NCBI GenBank assembly: GCA_963730185.1
Contig: CAVSQW010000007.1
Coordinates: 32,001-96,000 of the forward strand
Reading direction: 5' to 3'
DNA: 64,000 nt
From: an uncultured Gemmatimonadales bacterium
Lineage (GTDB): Bacteria; Gemmatimonadota; Gemmatimonadetes; Gemmatimonadales; GWC2-71-9
A program made the translations under genes and the position numbers. Below the pieces are notes generated by a model, which had not been told where the DNA came from, made no database searches, and was given only the letters and a program-made list of their open reading frames with translations. This document shows, piece by piece, positions 20,801-29,640 of this stretch. How positions within the stretch are numbered: position 1 is the stretch's first letter; every line of letters begins with the position of its first letter.

Positions 20801-21045
20801 AGGTTCTCCGTGGTGGCCAGCGAGGTCTCGAGGACCTTGGTGACCTGCTCCTCCATCACCTCCGGGGCCACGCCGGGGTAGGTCACGTTGACCCGGACCT
20901 GGGGGTAGACGATCTGGGGGAGGAGGTCGATCGGCAGCTGGCCGCCGTAGAAGATGCCCAGCACGATCACCACGGAGGCCAACGCCACCGTCCCGATCGG
21001 CCGGCGGATCGAGAAGCTGGAAAGGGTGGACCGCACCGAGCTCAT
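17848..21045 (-). CDS. RND efflux transporter permease subunit (AcrB/AcrD/AcrF family)
   Basis: SIRRPI, LPIDLLP, YPGVAPEVME, GLLLDNSIVMLENI, GIVVNNAILLVE, RLRPILMTT; about 1065 aa from ATG21045. Confidence 0.94.
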   Translation of the reverse strand: MSSVRSTLSSFSIRRPIGTVALASVVIVLGIFYGGQLPIDLLPQIVYPQVRVNVTYPGVAPEVMEEQVTKVLETSLATTENLVELESETAEGRSQVTLNFRYGTDMNFALQDASKNLDRARTRLPDDIDPPSINKSDPSQMAVYEVGFSSNGLSQVDLRRWVDLQLVPQLLTVEGVGSIDVSGGLTREVQVILDQERLRSYRFTVTDVLNTLRDENQDIAAGNITSPQFEVIGKTAGKFRSVKDIQNVLLSVPGSGQRIPLSEIATVVDTNREQRLWARLNGVPAVKLSVRKLPEANTVDVAKGIGARLAQLGDSRFIPSDIDYRVVSDQSFFIESAISSVRNAALMGAGLAMLVVLLFLGSLRKTFIIGLSIPIAILATLALMGWRGLTLNIMTLGGLALGVGLLLDNSIVMLENIFRHRNEGRDATEAAHSGSAEVTSAVVASTTTNLAAVLPFLLISGLAALIFQELILTITFSMIASLGVALTLVPMLTAQMAKIKWTTGLANTRVIRGFDRFIDRMTDRYRVAARGTLRHKGLLVAGAFALLAIFISLATRLPSEFLPVVDDGSVGAYVAMPPGTPPDKTNDVVKQLEAMVAERPYVEDVFATAGGFLFGSSTAERGGRGSLSIQLAPAPDRPKMTASEWVASLQSDINALGIPGARIGVRPPRIRGLRTNISGSDIAVSVQGDDLVALQRLANDVLGRLTGIKGLEGLQLSTEEASPQLAIRIDRERTADLGLSGASVGQSVRTALEGSIPTRFTEGNFEYDVRVRMPRSEFQSAEDLGSIALFPGRDQPIYLRDVATISLGTGPTTILRENQNRLIRVTGDVNTSVANISDVSREIHARLSNLPLPEGFSLIYGGEEQAVRENNRNLAIVIGLAIFLVFVVMAVQYESLVDPLVILVSVPLALIGVAAALVMTGTALSAPVLLGVILLAGIVVNNAILLVEYVEIGQRERGFTMEEAVVEAGVVRLRPILMTTLTTILGMLPLAFGMGEGTELMQPLAVAVVGGLTISTLLTLLVIPAVYVAARRASARLKAFLTGIPAGLAPEDAARPVSAPPDPAH

Positions 21046-22148
21046 CGGGCGGCCTCCCCCTCGAGGCGGAGGCCGGAGTCCGCCGGCTCCGGGCCCGCGG
21101 TGATTCGCACCTTCGCGCCCTGCCGGAGGTTCACCTGGCCCGAGGTCACCACCAGCTCGCCCGGCGTCAGGCCCTCGGCCACTTCGACCAGCCCGGCCGA
21201 GGTCATCCCGGTCGAGACCGCTCGGCGGACCAGGGTGTCGGCCTGCACCACGTAGACGAATGACCCGCTGGCGCTCGCCCCGAGCGCCGCCGCCGGTACC
21301 GCGATGGCCTGACGCCGCTGCTCCAGGTCGAAGTGGATTCGGGCGAGAAAGCCGGGGCGGACCCGGGGGCCGCCGGCCGAGGGCCCGAGCGCTACTTCGA
21401 CCGGCACCAGGCGGGTCTGCGGGTTGGCCGCCGGGAAGACCCGGCGCACCGTGCCGGTGAGGTTCGCCTCGGGAAGCGCGTCCAGCTGGACCGTCGCGCG
21501 GCTCCCGACCCGGACGTGCACCACGTCGAGCTCGGACATCTGGACCCGGACGACCAGAAGCGAATCGTCGGCGATGTCGAAGAGATGCTGGTTGGTGGTC
21601 ACCGCGCCGCCGGCCTCGATCAGCTTGGCGGTGACGGTCCCCGCGGTCGGCGCCTCGACCCGGGTGAAGTCGAGCCGGGTCTCCCACAGGTCGACGTCGC
21701 TCTGGGCGGTCGCATAGGCCGCCCGGGCCTGTTCGAACTCCGCGTCGGTCACGATCCGGGAGGCGTGCATCTTCTCGGTCCGGTCGAAGCTGGCCTTGGC
21801 GTTGGCCAGGACGGCCTTGGCTCGCGCCAACTGGGCCGCCGTCTCCCGGGCGTCCAGCTCGGCCAGGAGCCGGCCGGGGCGAACCCGGTCGCCCTCGACG
21901 ACCCGGACCGTCAGCATCGTGCCGGAGGTCCGGCTGTTCACGGCGACCGTGCGGAGCGGCTCCACCGGGGCCGACAGGACTACCTCGCGGGCCAGGTCGT
22001 GACGCTCGACCCGGGCCACCGCCACGGCGGCGGGTCCGGAGTTCCGGTTGTTGGCCGGGGGCGCGGCGGGGGAGCAGCCGAGGGCGGCAAGGAGCGAGAG
22101 CGAGCCCAGCACGGCGGGCCACCGTGACCGGCGGATTGGTTCTGCCAT
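21042..22148 (-). CDS. RND efflux periplasmic adaptor subunit (lipoprotein)
   Basis: Lipobox ALGC; VVEGDRV, VEAPTAG, RPGF, GLTPGELVV; ATGA overlap with RND gene. Confidence 0.92.
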   Translation of the reverse strand: MAEPIRRSRWPAVLGSLSLLAALGCSPAAPPANNRNSGPAAVAVARVERHDLAREVVLSAPVEPLRTVAVNSRTSGTMLTVRVVEGDRVRPGRLLAELDARETAAQLARAKAVLANAKASFDRTEKMHASRIVTDAEFEQARAAYATAQSDVDLWETRLDFTRVEAPTAGTVTAKLIEAGGAVTTNQHLFDIADDSLLVVRVQMSELDVVHVRVGSRATVQLDALPEANLTGTVRRVFPAANPQTRLVPVEVALGPSAGGPRVRPGFLARIHFDLEQRRQAIAVPAAALGASASGSFVYVVQADTLVRRAVSTGMTSAGLVEVAEGLTPGELVVTSGQVNLRQGAKVRITAGPEPADSGLRLEGEAAR

Positions 22149-22366
22149 CGGAATTCCTGGGCGCCCGCGGCAGGCCGCCGGCGTCCGGTCGTCGGTTTTT
22201 CAGGTACCGCGGCCCGCGCTGGGGACGCAACTCGAAGTCAGGCTGCCTGGTATACGTTCTCCGGCCCGATTTCGTTGCGTTCGGGGCCCCAGGCGGTTGC
22301 CCCCGTTCGAGACCGCCGGCAGGGTCGCGGCTAAGCTGTTGCCCCATCTGGCCGATACTGATTCGC

Positions 22367-23764
22367 ATGACGGCCACCCACGACTTCGATTTCCTTGCCA
22401 TCGGGAGCGGTCCCGCGGGCCAGCGGGCGGCCGTCCAGGCCGCCAAAGCCGGGCGCCGGGCCGCCATCGTGGAGCGTCGCCTGGCCCTCGGGGGCTCCTG
22501 TCTGGTAACCGGCACGATTCCGAGCAAGACCTTTCGGGAGGCGGTGCTCCAATTCACGGCCGTCCGGGACCATCCCGACCGCCGGCGGTTCGCCCGGATC
22601 GAGTACCGTCCCACGGCGCCCCAACTGCTGGAACGGGTCGAGCAGGTCATGGAGCTCGAGTGCGGGGTGATCGAGGATCAGCTCCGGCGGAACGACATTG
22701 CCATCCTTCGCGGCGACGCCCGGTTCAAGGACCCCCACACGGTGACCGTGACCGGGCCGGACGGGGCCCGAGACGTGACCGCCGATACGATCCTGATCGC
22801 GGTCGGCACCAAGCCGACCGAGCCCCCCGACGTGCCGGCCGACGGGGAGACCGTGCTCCTGTCGGATCACATCGCCCGGCTCAAGCGGATACCCCGGTCG
22901 ATCGTGGTGGTGGGCGCCGGGGTGATCGGGATCGAGTACGCCTCGATGTTCGCCGCCATCGGGGTCGACGTGACCATCGTGGACCGGCGGGACCGGCCGC
23001 TCGAGTTTCTGGACCACGAGATCGTGGACGAGCTGGTCCATATGATGCGGCGGAAGAAGGTGACCTTCCGGCCGCGCGAAGCGGTAGCGACGTTGGAGGT
23101 GCTCGAGGGGCCCTGCCGCAAGGTGGCGGTGCTGCTCGAGTCCGGAAAGCGCATCGTGGCAGACATGGTGCTCTTTTCGGTGGGCCGGGTCGGCGCGACC
23201 GACGAGCTCGCGCTCGGCCAGGCCGGTCTCACCGCCGACGAGCGCGGCCGACTCGTCGTGGACGAGACCTTCCGGACCTCCGTGCCCCACATCTTCGCGG
23301 CCGGCGACGTGATCGGCTATCCCAGCCTCGCGGCCACCTCGAGCGAGCAGGGGCGCTTGGCCGCCTGTCATGCGCTCGGCCTGGCCGCCCATCCGATGGC
23401 GCCCCACTTCCCGATCGGGATCTACGCCATCCCGGAGATTTCGATGGTGGGCGAGCCCGAGCACGTGCTCACCGAGCGGAAGGAACCCTACGAGGTGGGC
23501 ATCGCCCGGTACCGCGAGATCGCCCGCGGCCAGATCGTGGGCGACGGCGACGGTCTGCTCAAGCTGCTCTTCGGGCGGGACGACCGCCGGCTCCGCGGGG
23601 TCCACATCATCGGCACCGGCGCCACCGAGCTCCTCCACATCGGCCAGACGGTGATCGGTCTGGGGGGCGGCCTGGATTACTTCCTGCGGACGGTGTTCAA
23701 CTACCCCACCCTGGCGGAGTGCTACAAGGTCGCGGCGCTGAATGCGTCGAACAAGATGAACTAG
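22367..23764 (+). CDS. sthA: Soluble (Si-specific) pyridine nucleotide transhydrogenase
   Basis: IGSGPAGQRAA, GGSCLVTGTIPSKT (CxxxGT), GAGVIGIEYA, FNYPTLAECYKVAA. Confidence 0.92.
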   Translation: MTATHDFDFLAIGSGPAGQRAAVQAAKAGRRAAIVERRLALGGSCLVTGTIPSKTFREAVLQFTAVRDHPDRRRFARIEYRPTAPQLLERVEQVMELECGVIEDQLRRNDIAILRGDARFKDPHTVTVTGPDGARDVTADTILIAVGTKPTEPPDVPADGETVLLSDHIARLKRIPRSIVVVGAGVIGIEYASMFAAIGVDVTIVDRRDRPLEFLDHEIVDELVHMMRRKKVTFRPREAVATLEVLEGPCRKVAVLLESGKRIVADMVLFSVGRVGATDELALGQAGLTADERGRLVVDETFRTSVPHIFAAGDVIGYPSLAATSSEQGRLAACHALGLAAHPMAPHFPIGIYAIPEISMVGEPEHVLTERKEPYEVGIARYREIARGQIVGDGDGLLKLLFGRDDRRLRGVHIIGTGATELLHIGQTVIGLGGGLDYFLRTVFNYPTLAECYKVAALNASNKMN

Positions 23765-24888
23765 GAGGGGTCCCTCCCAAGCGTCCTCAAGACCCTCCCG
23801 ATCCCCTCCAGCCCTTGCTCCACCCGCTCTCGGCCCACGCCGTGCGTGATCCGGAGATGCCGGTCGGTCCCGAGGTAGGTTCCCGGCGCGACCAGCACCG
23901 ACGCCTGCTCCCGGATCGCGTGGGCCACCGTCACCGAGTCGAGGCCGAGGTGGTAGCGGACGAACGCGATCGCGGTGGCGGCCGGGGTCACGCACGACAC
24001 CAGGCCCGGGTTAGCGGCGAGCCAGGCCGCCACCATCTCCCACCCGCTCCGGGAGAGCTTCCGCTGTCGGGCGAGAACCCGGGGTCGGGTCGCCGGGTCG
24101 AGCGCCAGCTCGGCCAGCCGCATCGAAGGGCCGGCCGCCGAGATCACGGCGTACTCGTGACGTCGCCAGAGCGGCCCGACCAGCGAGGCCGGCGCCACCG
24201 CCCAGCCGATCCGGAGCCCGGCCATGCCGTAGGCCTTGGAGAGGCTGTTCACCGCGACCACCCGCTCGTACTGGTTCCAGAAGGTCGGCGTCTCCTCGTC
24301 CGTCCACAGCTCGGCTCCCCGGTACACCTCGTCGGCCACCAGCCAGGCCCCGGTCCGGTCGGCGATCTCGGTTACCCGCTCCATCTCGTGTGCGCTGAGT
24401 ACGGTGCCGGTCGGGTTGTTGGGATTCACGACGTAGATCAGCTTGGCGCCGGCCTTGGCCTCGTGCTCCAGCCGCTCCAGGTCGGGACGCCACCCCTGGT
24501 CGGGGTCGAGCGGGAAGGGAACCACCTGACAGCCCAGACCGGCCGCCAGCCCGAACACTTGCCGATAGCCGGGCTCCATCACGATCACCCGGTCGCCCGG
24601 CTCGAGCAGGGTCTGACAGATCAGCTGATTGGCCTCGGCCCCGCCGACCGTAACCAGCACGTTGGCGGTCGCGGCCGAGGGATAGAGGCGGGTGACGAGG
24701 TGCCGGAGGAGCTCGGTGCCGTTCACCTCGGGGTAGCCCAGCTCCAGCGCCAGAAACCGCTCCCACTCCTGCCGGCCCAGCACCTCGGAGATCCGCGCGC
24801 CGCGGACCGAGCTGTCGGCCAGGTTGACGTCGACGGTCTGTTCGTAGTCTGACTGCCAGCGCTCGAGCTCGAAGGCTTGGAATGCCAT
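23761..24888 (-). CDS. PLP-dependent aminotransferase class I/II
   Basis: NPNNPTG, DEVY, SLSKAYGMAGLRIGW; GAGGA RBS. Confidence 0.92.
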   Translation of the reverse strand: MAFQAFELERWQSDYEQTVDVNLADSSVRGARISEVLGRQEWERFLALELGYPEVNGTELLRHLVTRLYPSAATANVLVTVGGAEANQLICQTLLEPGDRVIVMEPGYRQVFGLAAGLGCQVVPFPLDPDQGWRPDLERLEHEAKAGAKLIYVVNPNNPTGTVLSAHEMERVTEIADRTGAWLVADEVYRGAELWTDEETPTFWNQYERVVAVNSLSKAYGMAGLRIGWAVAPASLVGPLWRRHEYAVISAAGPSMRLAELALDPATRPRVLARQRKLSRSGWEMVAAWLAANPGLVSCVTPAATAIAFVRYHLGLDSVTVAHAIREQASVLVAPGTYLGTDRHLRITHGVGRERVEQGLEGIGRVLRTLGRDPS

Positions 24889-24899
24889 AGGTTTCCTCG

Positions 24900-25682
24900 A
24901 TGCTCCGCGAGATCGAACACGGACCGGTGCGCGAGCTCGAGATGTCCACCCGGCTCTCCCGCGCCCTCGGTTTCAAGGTAAGCGCCTTCGTCGTTCGGGG
25001 CTTCCTGATCGACACCGGCTTTCCCCGGATGGCGGGGCCGCTGGGGGCGGCGCTCGACCGGGTGGCGCTCGAGGGGGCACTGGTGACCCACTGGCACGAG
25101 GACCACGCCGGCAACCTGGCCCTCCTGACCGGGCGGGGTCTCCCAGTCGCGATGTCCCGCGAGACCCTCGATCTCTTCCCGCGCACCTTCGACCTTCCCC
25201 GCTACCGGCGGGCGATCTGGGGGAACGCGGCCCCTCCGGCCGCCGGGCCGGTGCCGGCGGCCCACCCCTTCGAGATCGTTCCGACTCCCGGTCACTCTCC
25301 CGATCACGTCGCCGTTCACGATCCGGAGACCGGCGCCGTCTTCGGCGGCGACCTCTTTCTCGGCGTCAGATCGTCGATCGTCCACCCGGGCGAGGACCCC
25401 CGAGCGATGCTCACCAGCGTCCGCCGGGTGCTCGCGCTCGAGCCCAAGGTGTACTTCGACGCCCATCGCTCGCTGGTCCGTGACCCGGTCGGCGCCCTTC
25501 GCGCCAAGGCCGAGTGGCTGGAAGCGACCATCGCCGCGATCGAGGACGGCGTCCGGCGGGGCGAGCCCGATGCCGTCATTCAGGCCCGGGTGATCGGACG
25601 CGACGGCATGATCGCCGTGGCGTCCGCCGGCGAAATGTCCAAGCGGAACTTCGTCGCGGCGATCCGGGGGGCGTCGGCCTGA
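24900..25682 (+). CDS. MBL fold metallo-hydrolase
   Basis: LIDTG, THWHEDHAG (HxHxDH), TPGHSPDH, GDL, DAH. Confidence 0.9.
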   Translation: MLREIEHGPVRELEMSTRLSRALGFKVSAFVVRGFLIDTGFPRMAGPLGAALDRVALEGALVTHWHEDHAGNLALLTGRGLPVAMSRETLDLFPRTFDLPRYRRAIWGNAAPPAAGPVPAAHPFEIVPTPGHSPDHVAVHDPETGAVFGGDLFLGVRSSIVHPGEDPRAMLTSVRRVLALEPKVYFDAHRSLVRDPVGALRAKAEWLEATIAAIEDGVRRGEPDAVIQARVIGRDGMIAVASAGEMSKRNFVAAIRGASA

Positions 25683-25731
25683 TCCGACCGGCCCTGGCCG
25701 CGCCGGCTCGGCTCGGCCGGCCGGTCGCCCG

Positions 25732-27426
25732 CTACCGCCCCGACTCGCTCGCCTTCCAGCCGGTCCAGCCCGGCCCGCGAACCACCCGGCCTGGCTTGGC
25801 CCCGGTGTGCTCGCCGCCCGTGAGAACCTGGACACCGTTCACGAACACGTCGCTGACGCCGGTCGAGTACTGGTGCGGCTTGTCGTAGGTCGCGTGGTCC
25901 TGAATGGTGGCCGGGTCGAACACCACGACGTCGGCGTAGTAGCCCGACGCCAGGGTGCCGCGCTTCTTGATCTTGAGCGTCGTCGCCGGGAACGAGGTCA
26001 AGCGCCGAACGGCCTCCTCCAGGGGGATCACCTTCTCGTCCCGCACGTACTTGCCGAGCAGGCGGGCGAAGGTGCCGTAGGCGCGGGGATGAGGGTTGGA
26101 GGCCAGGAACGGCCCCTCCGGCGCGAGCGACCCGGCGTCCGACCCGAAGCTCACCCAGGGTAGCGCGATCTGCTTTTTGACGTTCTCCTCCGACATCAGG
26201 AAGTACACCACCTCGATCCGGGTGCCGTCCTGGATCACCAGGTCCATGGCGGTCTCCTCCGGCGAGGTGTGCCGCATCGCCGCCACCTCGGCCAGCGTCT
26301 TGCCGGTCAGGTACTTGAGCGAGTCGGTCTTGAACGCCACCAGGATGATCTTGTCGGGCGAGCCGACGTTGATCCAGTTGTTCTCCCACCCGTCGGTCGG
26401 GGTGTTCATCTCCCGCTTGACCCGGGCCCGGATCGTCGGGTCCTTGAGCCGTTCGATCCACGCCTTGGTTCCGCCCTCCTGCACCCAGGGGGGCATCGAA
26501 GCGTCGAGGCCCGTGGCGGCGGCGTCGTAGGTGTACATGTCGGCGGTGATCTGGGTGCCGGCGGCCCGGGCCGAGTCGATCTTGGCGATCGCCTGGTCGA
26601 GCTTGGGCCAGTTGGGTCGGCCGGCGGCCTTGAGGTGGTAGATCTCCACCGGAAGGCCCGCCTCCCGGCCGATCCGGAGCGTTTCATCGATCGCTTGCAG
26701 CAGCTGGGAGCCTTCCGAGCGGATGTGGGCGATGTACATCCCGCCCGATTGGGCCGCGACCTTCGAGAGGGCGATCAACTCGTCGGTCTTGGCGTAGAAG
26801 GCCGGGGCGTAGATCAGGGCGGTGGTCACCCCGAGGGCGCCTTCGTCCATCGCTTGCTTGACGAGTGCCTTCATCCGGTCCAGCTCCTCGGGCGTGGGGG
26901 CCCGATCGGCATAGCCGACTTCGTGGACCCGGACCGTCACCGCGCTGACGAACGAGGCGATGTTGGTGGAGATCCCCCGCTTCGTGAGCCAGTCGAGGTA
27001 TTCGCCCAGGGTCGTCCAGGCCAGGTCGTACTTGAGGTCGGCTTGCCCCTCCTGGAGCTCCTTCTTCATCGCGTCGCTCAGCGGTCCCATCGAGCTCTCC
27101 CCCAGGACCTCGAGCGTCACCCCCTGGCGGATGTCGCTCTCGGAGCGGCCATCCTGGATCAGCGACTCCTCCGAGTGGCTCAGCATGTTGATGAAACCGG
27201 GGGTCACGGCCTTGCCGGTGGCGTCGATCTCGGTGGCACCCTTCGCGGCCGAGAGGTCGCCGACGGCGGCGATGGTGTCGCCCTGGATAGCGACGTCGCC
27301 CACGACGCCCGGCGTGCCGGAGCCGTCGTAGATGGTGCCGTGGCGGATGACGACGTCGTAGCGGGGGCCGGACTGGCAGGCGGCAAGGGCCGTCACGGCG
27401 ACGAGCAGGGCGGGTAAGCGGATCAT
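25732..27426 (-). CDS. N-acyl-D-amino-acid deacylase (D-aminoacylase) family amidohydrolase, lipoprotein
   Basis: Lipobox LAAC; DVVIRHGTIYDGSG, PGFINMLSH, HIRSEG, YHLK, HPRAYGTF, ADVVVFDP. Confidence 0.9.
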   Translation of the reverse strand: MIRLPALLVAVTALAACQSGPRYDVVIRHGTIYDGSGTPGVVGDVAIQGDTIAAVGDLSAAKGATEIDATGKAVTPGFINMLSHSEESLIQDGRSESDIRQGVTLEVLGESSMGPLSDAMKKELQEGQADLKYDLAWTTLGEYLDWLTKRGISTNIASFVSAVTVRVHEVGYADRAPTPEELDRMKALVKQAMDEGALGVTTALIYAPAFYAKTDELIALSKVAAQSGGMYIAHIRSEGSQLLQAIDETLRIGREAGLPVEIYHLKAAGRPNWPKLDQAIAKIDSARAAGTQITADMYTYDAAATGLDASMPPWVQEGGTKAWIERLKDPTIRARVKREMNTPTDGWENNWINVGSPDKIILVAFKTDSLKYLTGKTLAEVAAMRHTSPEETAMDLVIQDGTRIEVVYFLMSEENVKKQIALPWVSFGSDAGSLAPEGPFLASNPHPRAYGTFARLLGKYVRDEKVIPLEEAVRRLTSFPATTLKIKKRGTLASGYYADVVVFDPATIQDHATYDKPHQYSTGVSDVFVNGVQVLTGGEHTGAKPGRVVRGPGWTGWKASESGR

Positions 27427-27661
27427 GGCCTGGGGAGGGTTGGAGGTGGGGGATTCTATCACTCTTGCCCGAACCCCGCAGCCCGTCTCGATCCCGATCG
27501 GCTGGCAGGTCCTCGCTGAGGTCGCGAAGGATCCCGGCCCTCGAATCGGCGCCGGGCCGGGTGGGGGCGGCTTCTCGGGGACCGCCAACCGCTATCCGGT
27601 AGGGGAGACGCGACCTATGTTCGAGGGTCGTCCCTCTCTCGTCTCAGCCCGGAGTCCTCGC

Positions 27662-29527
27662 ATGCGATCCCAGCGCCTGGTTCGGCTGTTCGGCCTCGCG
27701 ATCATGATCTTCGTCGGCGCCCGGCCGGTGAGTGCCCAACGGACCGAGAAGCCGGTGCTCCACGGCCGTCACTGGGTGGCCATCACCGGCAAGCCGCTCG
27801 GCGCCACCGCCGGCGCGATGATCTTTCAGCAGGGCGGCAATGCCGTCGATGCCGCCTGCGCCATGCTGGCCGCCGTCACCACGATGTGGGATGTGCTGAG
27901 CTGGGGTGGCGAGACCCAGGCGCTGATCTACGACCCGGTCAACAAGAAAGTGATCGGGATCAATGCCCTGGGCGTGGCGCCGACGGGTGCCACGGCCGAC
28001 TTCTTCAAGAGCAAGGGGATGGACTACCCGCCGGAGTTCGGGCCGCTCGCGGCGGTGACGCCGGGCACGCCGGGCGGGCTCTTCACCATGCTGGCCGAAT
28101 ACGGGACCATGAGCCTGGCCCAGGTGCTGGCGCCGGCCCTCGAGATGGCCGACGGCTATCCGATCGAGGCCCAGACCGCGAACAGCATCGAGGCCCAGAA
28201 GGGCCGGATCGAGCAGTGGCCCTACTCCAAGGCCGTCTTCCTCACCCACCTGGGCGAGAAGCGTGAGGCGCCCTACGCCGGCGAGATCTTCCGGCAGACG
28301 GACCTCGCGACAACGCTCCGGAAGCTGGTCGAGGCCGAGCGGCAGGCGCTCGAGGCGGGCAAGAACCGGAAGCAGGCCATCTACGCGGCCTACGATCGGT
28401 TCTACAAGGGCGACATCGCCCAGGAGATCGTGCGGAGCGTCCGGGAGCAGGGCGGGCTTTTCACCATGCAGGATCTGGCCAACTGGAAGGTCAAGATCGA
28501 GGAGCCGCTTTCCACCAACTACAAGGGGATCGACGTCTACAAGCTTCGCGAGTGGCAGCAGGGCCCGGCGATGCTGGAGGCCCTGAACATTCTGGAGAAC
28601 ACCGACGTCAAGGCGATGGGGTACAACAGCACCCGCTACATCCATGCCCTCTATCAGACCATGAGCATGGCGTTCGCCGATCGGGACTTCTACTACGGCG
28701 ACCCCGCCTTCCCGCCGGAGGAGCCGATCAAGGGCCTGCTGTCGAAAGACTACGCCCGGCAGCGGTATCAGCGGATCGACTGGAACGAGAACGATCCCAC
28801 GATCAAGCCGGGCGATCCCTACCCGTTCCAGGGCGGGACCAATCCCTTTCTGGAGTACCTCCGGAGCTGGCCGCCCAAGCGCCGGGCGGCCCCGGCGGCG
28901 ACGGGCGATCAGCTGGGCCAGCTGACGTTCGACGAGACCTTCCGGCTGGGCACGACCTCGATCCAGGCGGCCGACGCGAAGGGGTGGGTGGTCTCGGTCA
29001 CGCCGAGCGGCGGGTGGGTCCCGGCCGTGATCGCGGGGCACACGGGGGTGGGTCTGAGCGAGCGGATGCAGAGCTTCGGGACCGATCCGGCGGAGAACCC
29101 GTTCAACGTGATCGAGCCCGGCAAGCGGCCTCGGGTCACCCTCACCCCGACGCTCGCCCTCAAGGACGGGAAGCCGTACCTCTCGTTCGCGGTCCAGGGC
29201 GGCGATACCCAGGATCAGAACCTGCTCCAGTTCTTCCTGAACGTCACCGAGTTCGGGATGACGGTCCAGCAGGCGGTCGAGGCGGCGAACATCACCAGCT
29301 ATCAGATGCTGAGCTCGTTCGGGAACCACGAGTCGCGGCCGGGGCGGCTCACCCTCCGGGACGACGTGCCCGACTGGACCCGGGCGGAGCTCCGGAAGAT
29401 GGGGTACACGCTCGACTTCGCCCGGTCCACGTCGGGGCCGATCAACGCGATCTTCTTCGATTGGGCCCACGGCTCGTTCTGGGGCGGGTCCAGCAACAAC
29501 GGGGAGGACTACGGGATCGCCTGGTAG
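27662..29527 (+). CDS. Gamma-glutamyltransferase family protein (Ntn acylase), exported
   Basis: Signal peptide; GGNAVDAA, FYKGDIA, AFADRD, GTTSIQAAD nucleophile Thr, PGKRPRVTLTP, GGDTQ. Confidence 0.9.
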   Translation: MRSQRLVRLFGLAIMIFVGARPVSAQRTEKPVLHGRHWVAITGKPLGATAGAMIFQQGGNAVDAACAMLAAVTTMWDVLSWGGETQALIYDPVNKKVIGINALGVAPTGATADFFKSKGMDYPPEFGPLAAVTPGTPGGLFTMLAEYGTMSLAQVLAPALEMADGYPIEAQTANSIEAQKGRIEQWPYSKAVFLTHLGEKREAPYAGEIFRQTDLATTLRKLVEAERQALEAGKNRKQAIYAAYDRFYKGDIAQEIVRSVREQGGLFTMQDLANWKVKIEEPLSTNYKGIDVYKLREWQQGPAMLEALNILENTDVKAMGYNSTRYIHALYQTMSMAFADRDFYYGDPAFPPEEPIKGLLSKDYARQRYQRIDWNENDPTIKPGDPYPFQGGTNPFLEYLRSWPPKRRAAPAATGDQLGQLTFDETFRLGTTSIQAADAKGWVVSVTPSGGWVPAVIAGHTGVGLSERMQSFGTDPAENPFNVIEPGKRPRVTLTPTLALKDGKPYLSFAVQGGDTQDQNLLQFFLNVTEFGMTVQQAVEAANITSYQMLSSFGNHESRPGRLTLRDDVPDWTRAELRKMGYTLDFARSTSGPINAIFFDWAHGSFWGGSSNNGEDYGIAW

Positions 29528-29547
29528 CTCGGGGGCGGGTTCCTTTC

Positions 29548-29570
29548 GGGGGCTGGGGCGACCAGCCCCC
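29548..29570 (+). terminator. GC-rich stem-loop after GGT gene
   Basis: GGGGGCTGG-GGCGA-CCAGCCCCC, 20 nt after the stop; no U-tract. Confidence 0.45.
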
Positions 29571-29640
29571 CAGGGGGGCCTGGTACGCGGATAGGTGTGG
29601 CGGTACGGTTAGACCGGTACTTCAGGCCCCTTAGGAGCCT

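Noticed and set aside
17848..22650. 1600-aa ORF suggesting an RND protein with a giant N-terminal extension
   Set aside because: The extension is an off-frame read of the MFP gene; the true start is ATG 21045
29581..29596. Possible sigma54 promoter TGGTAC...
   Set aside because: The -12 TTGC element is missing at the required spacing
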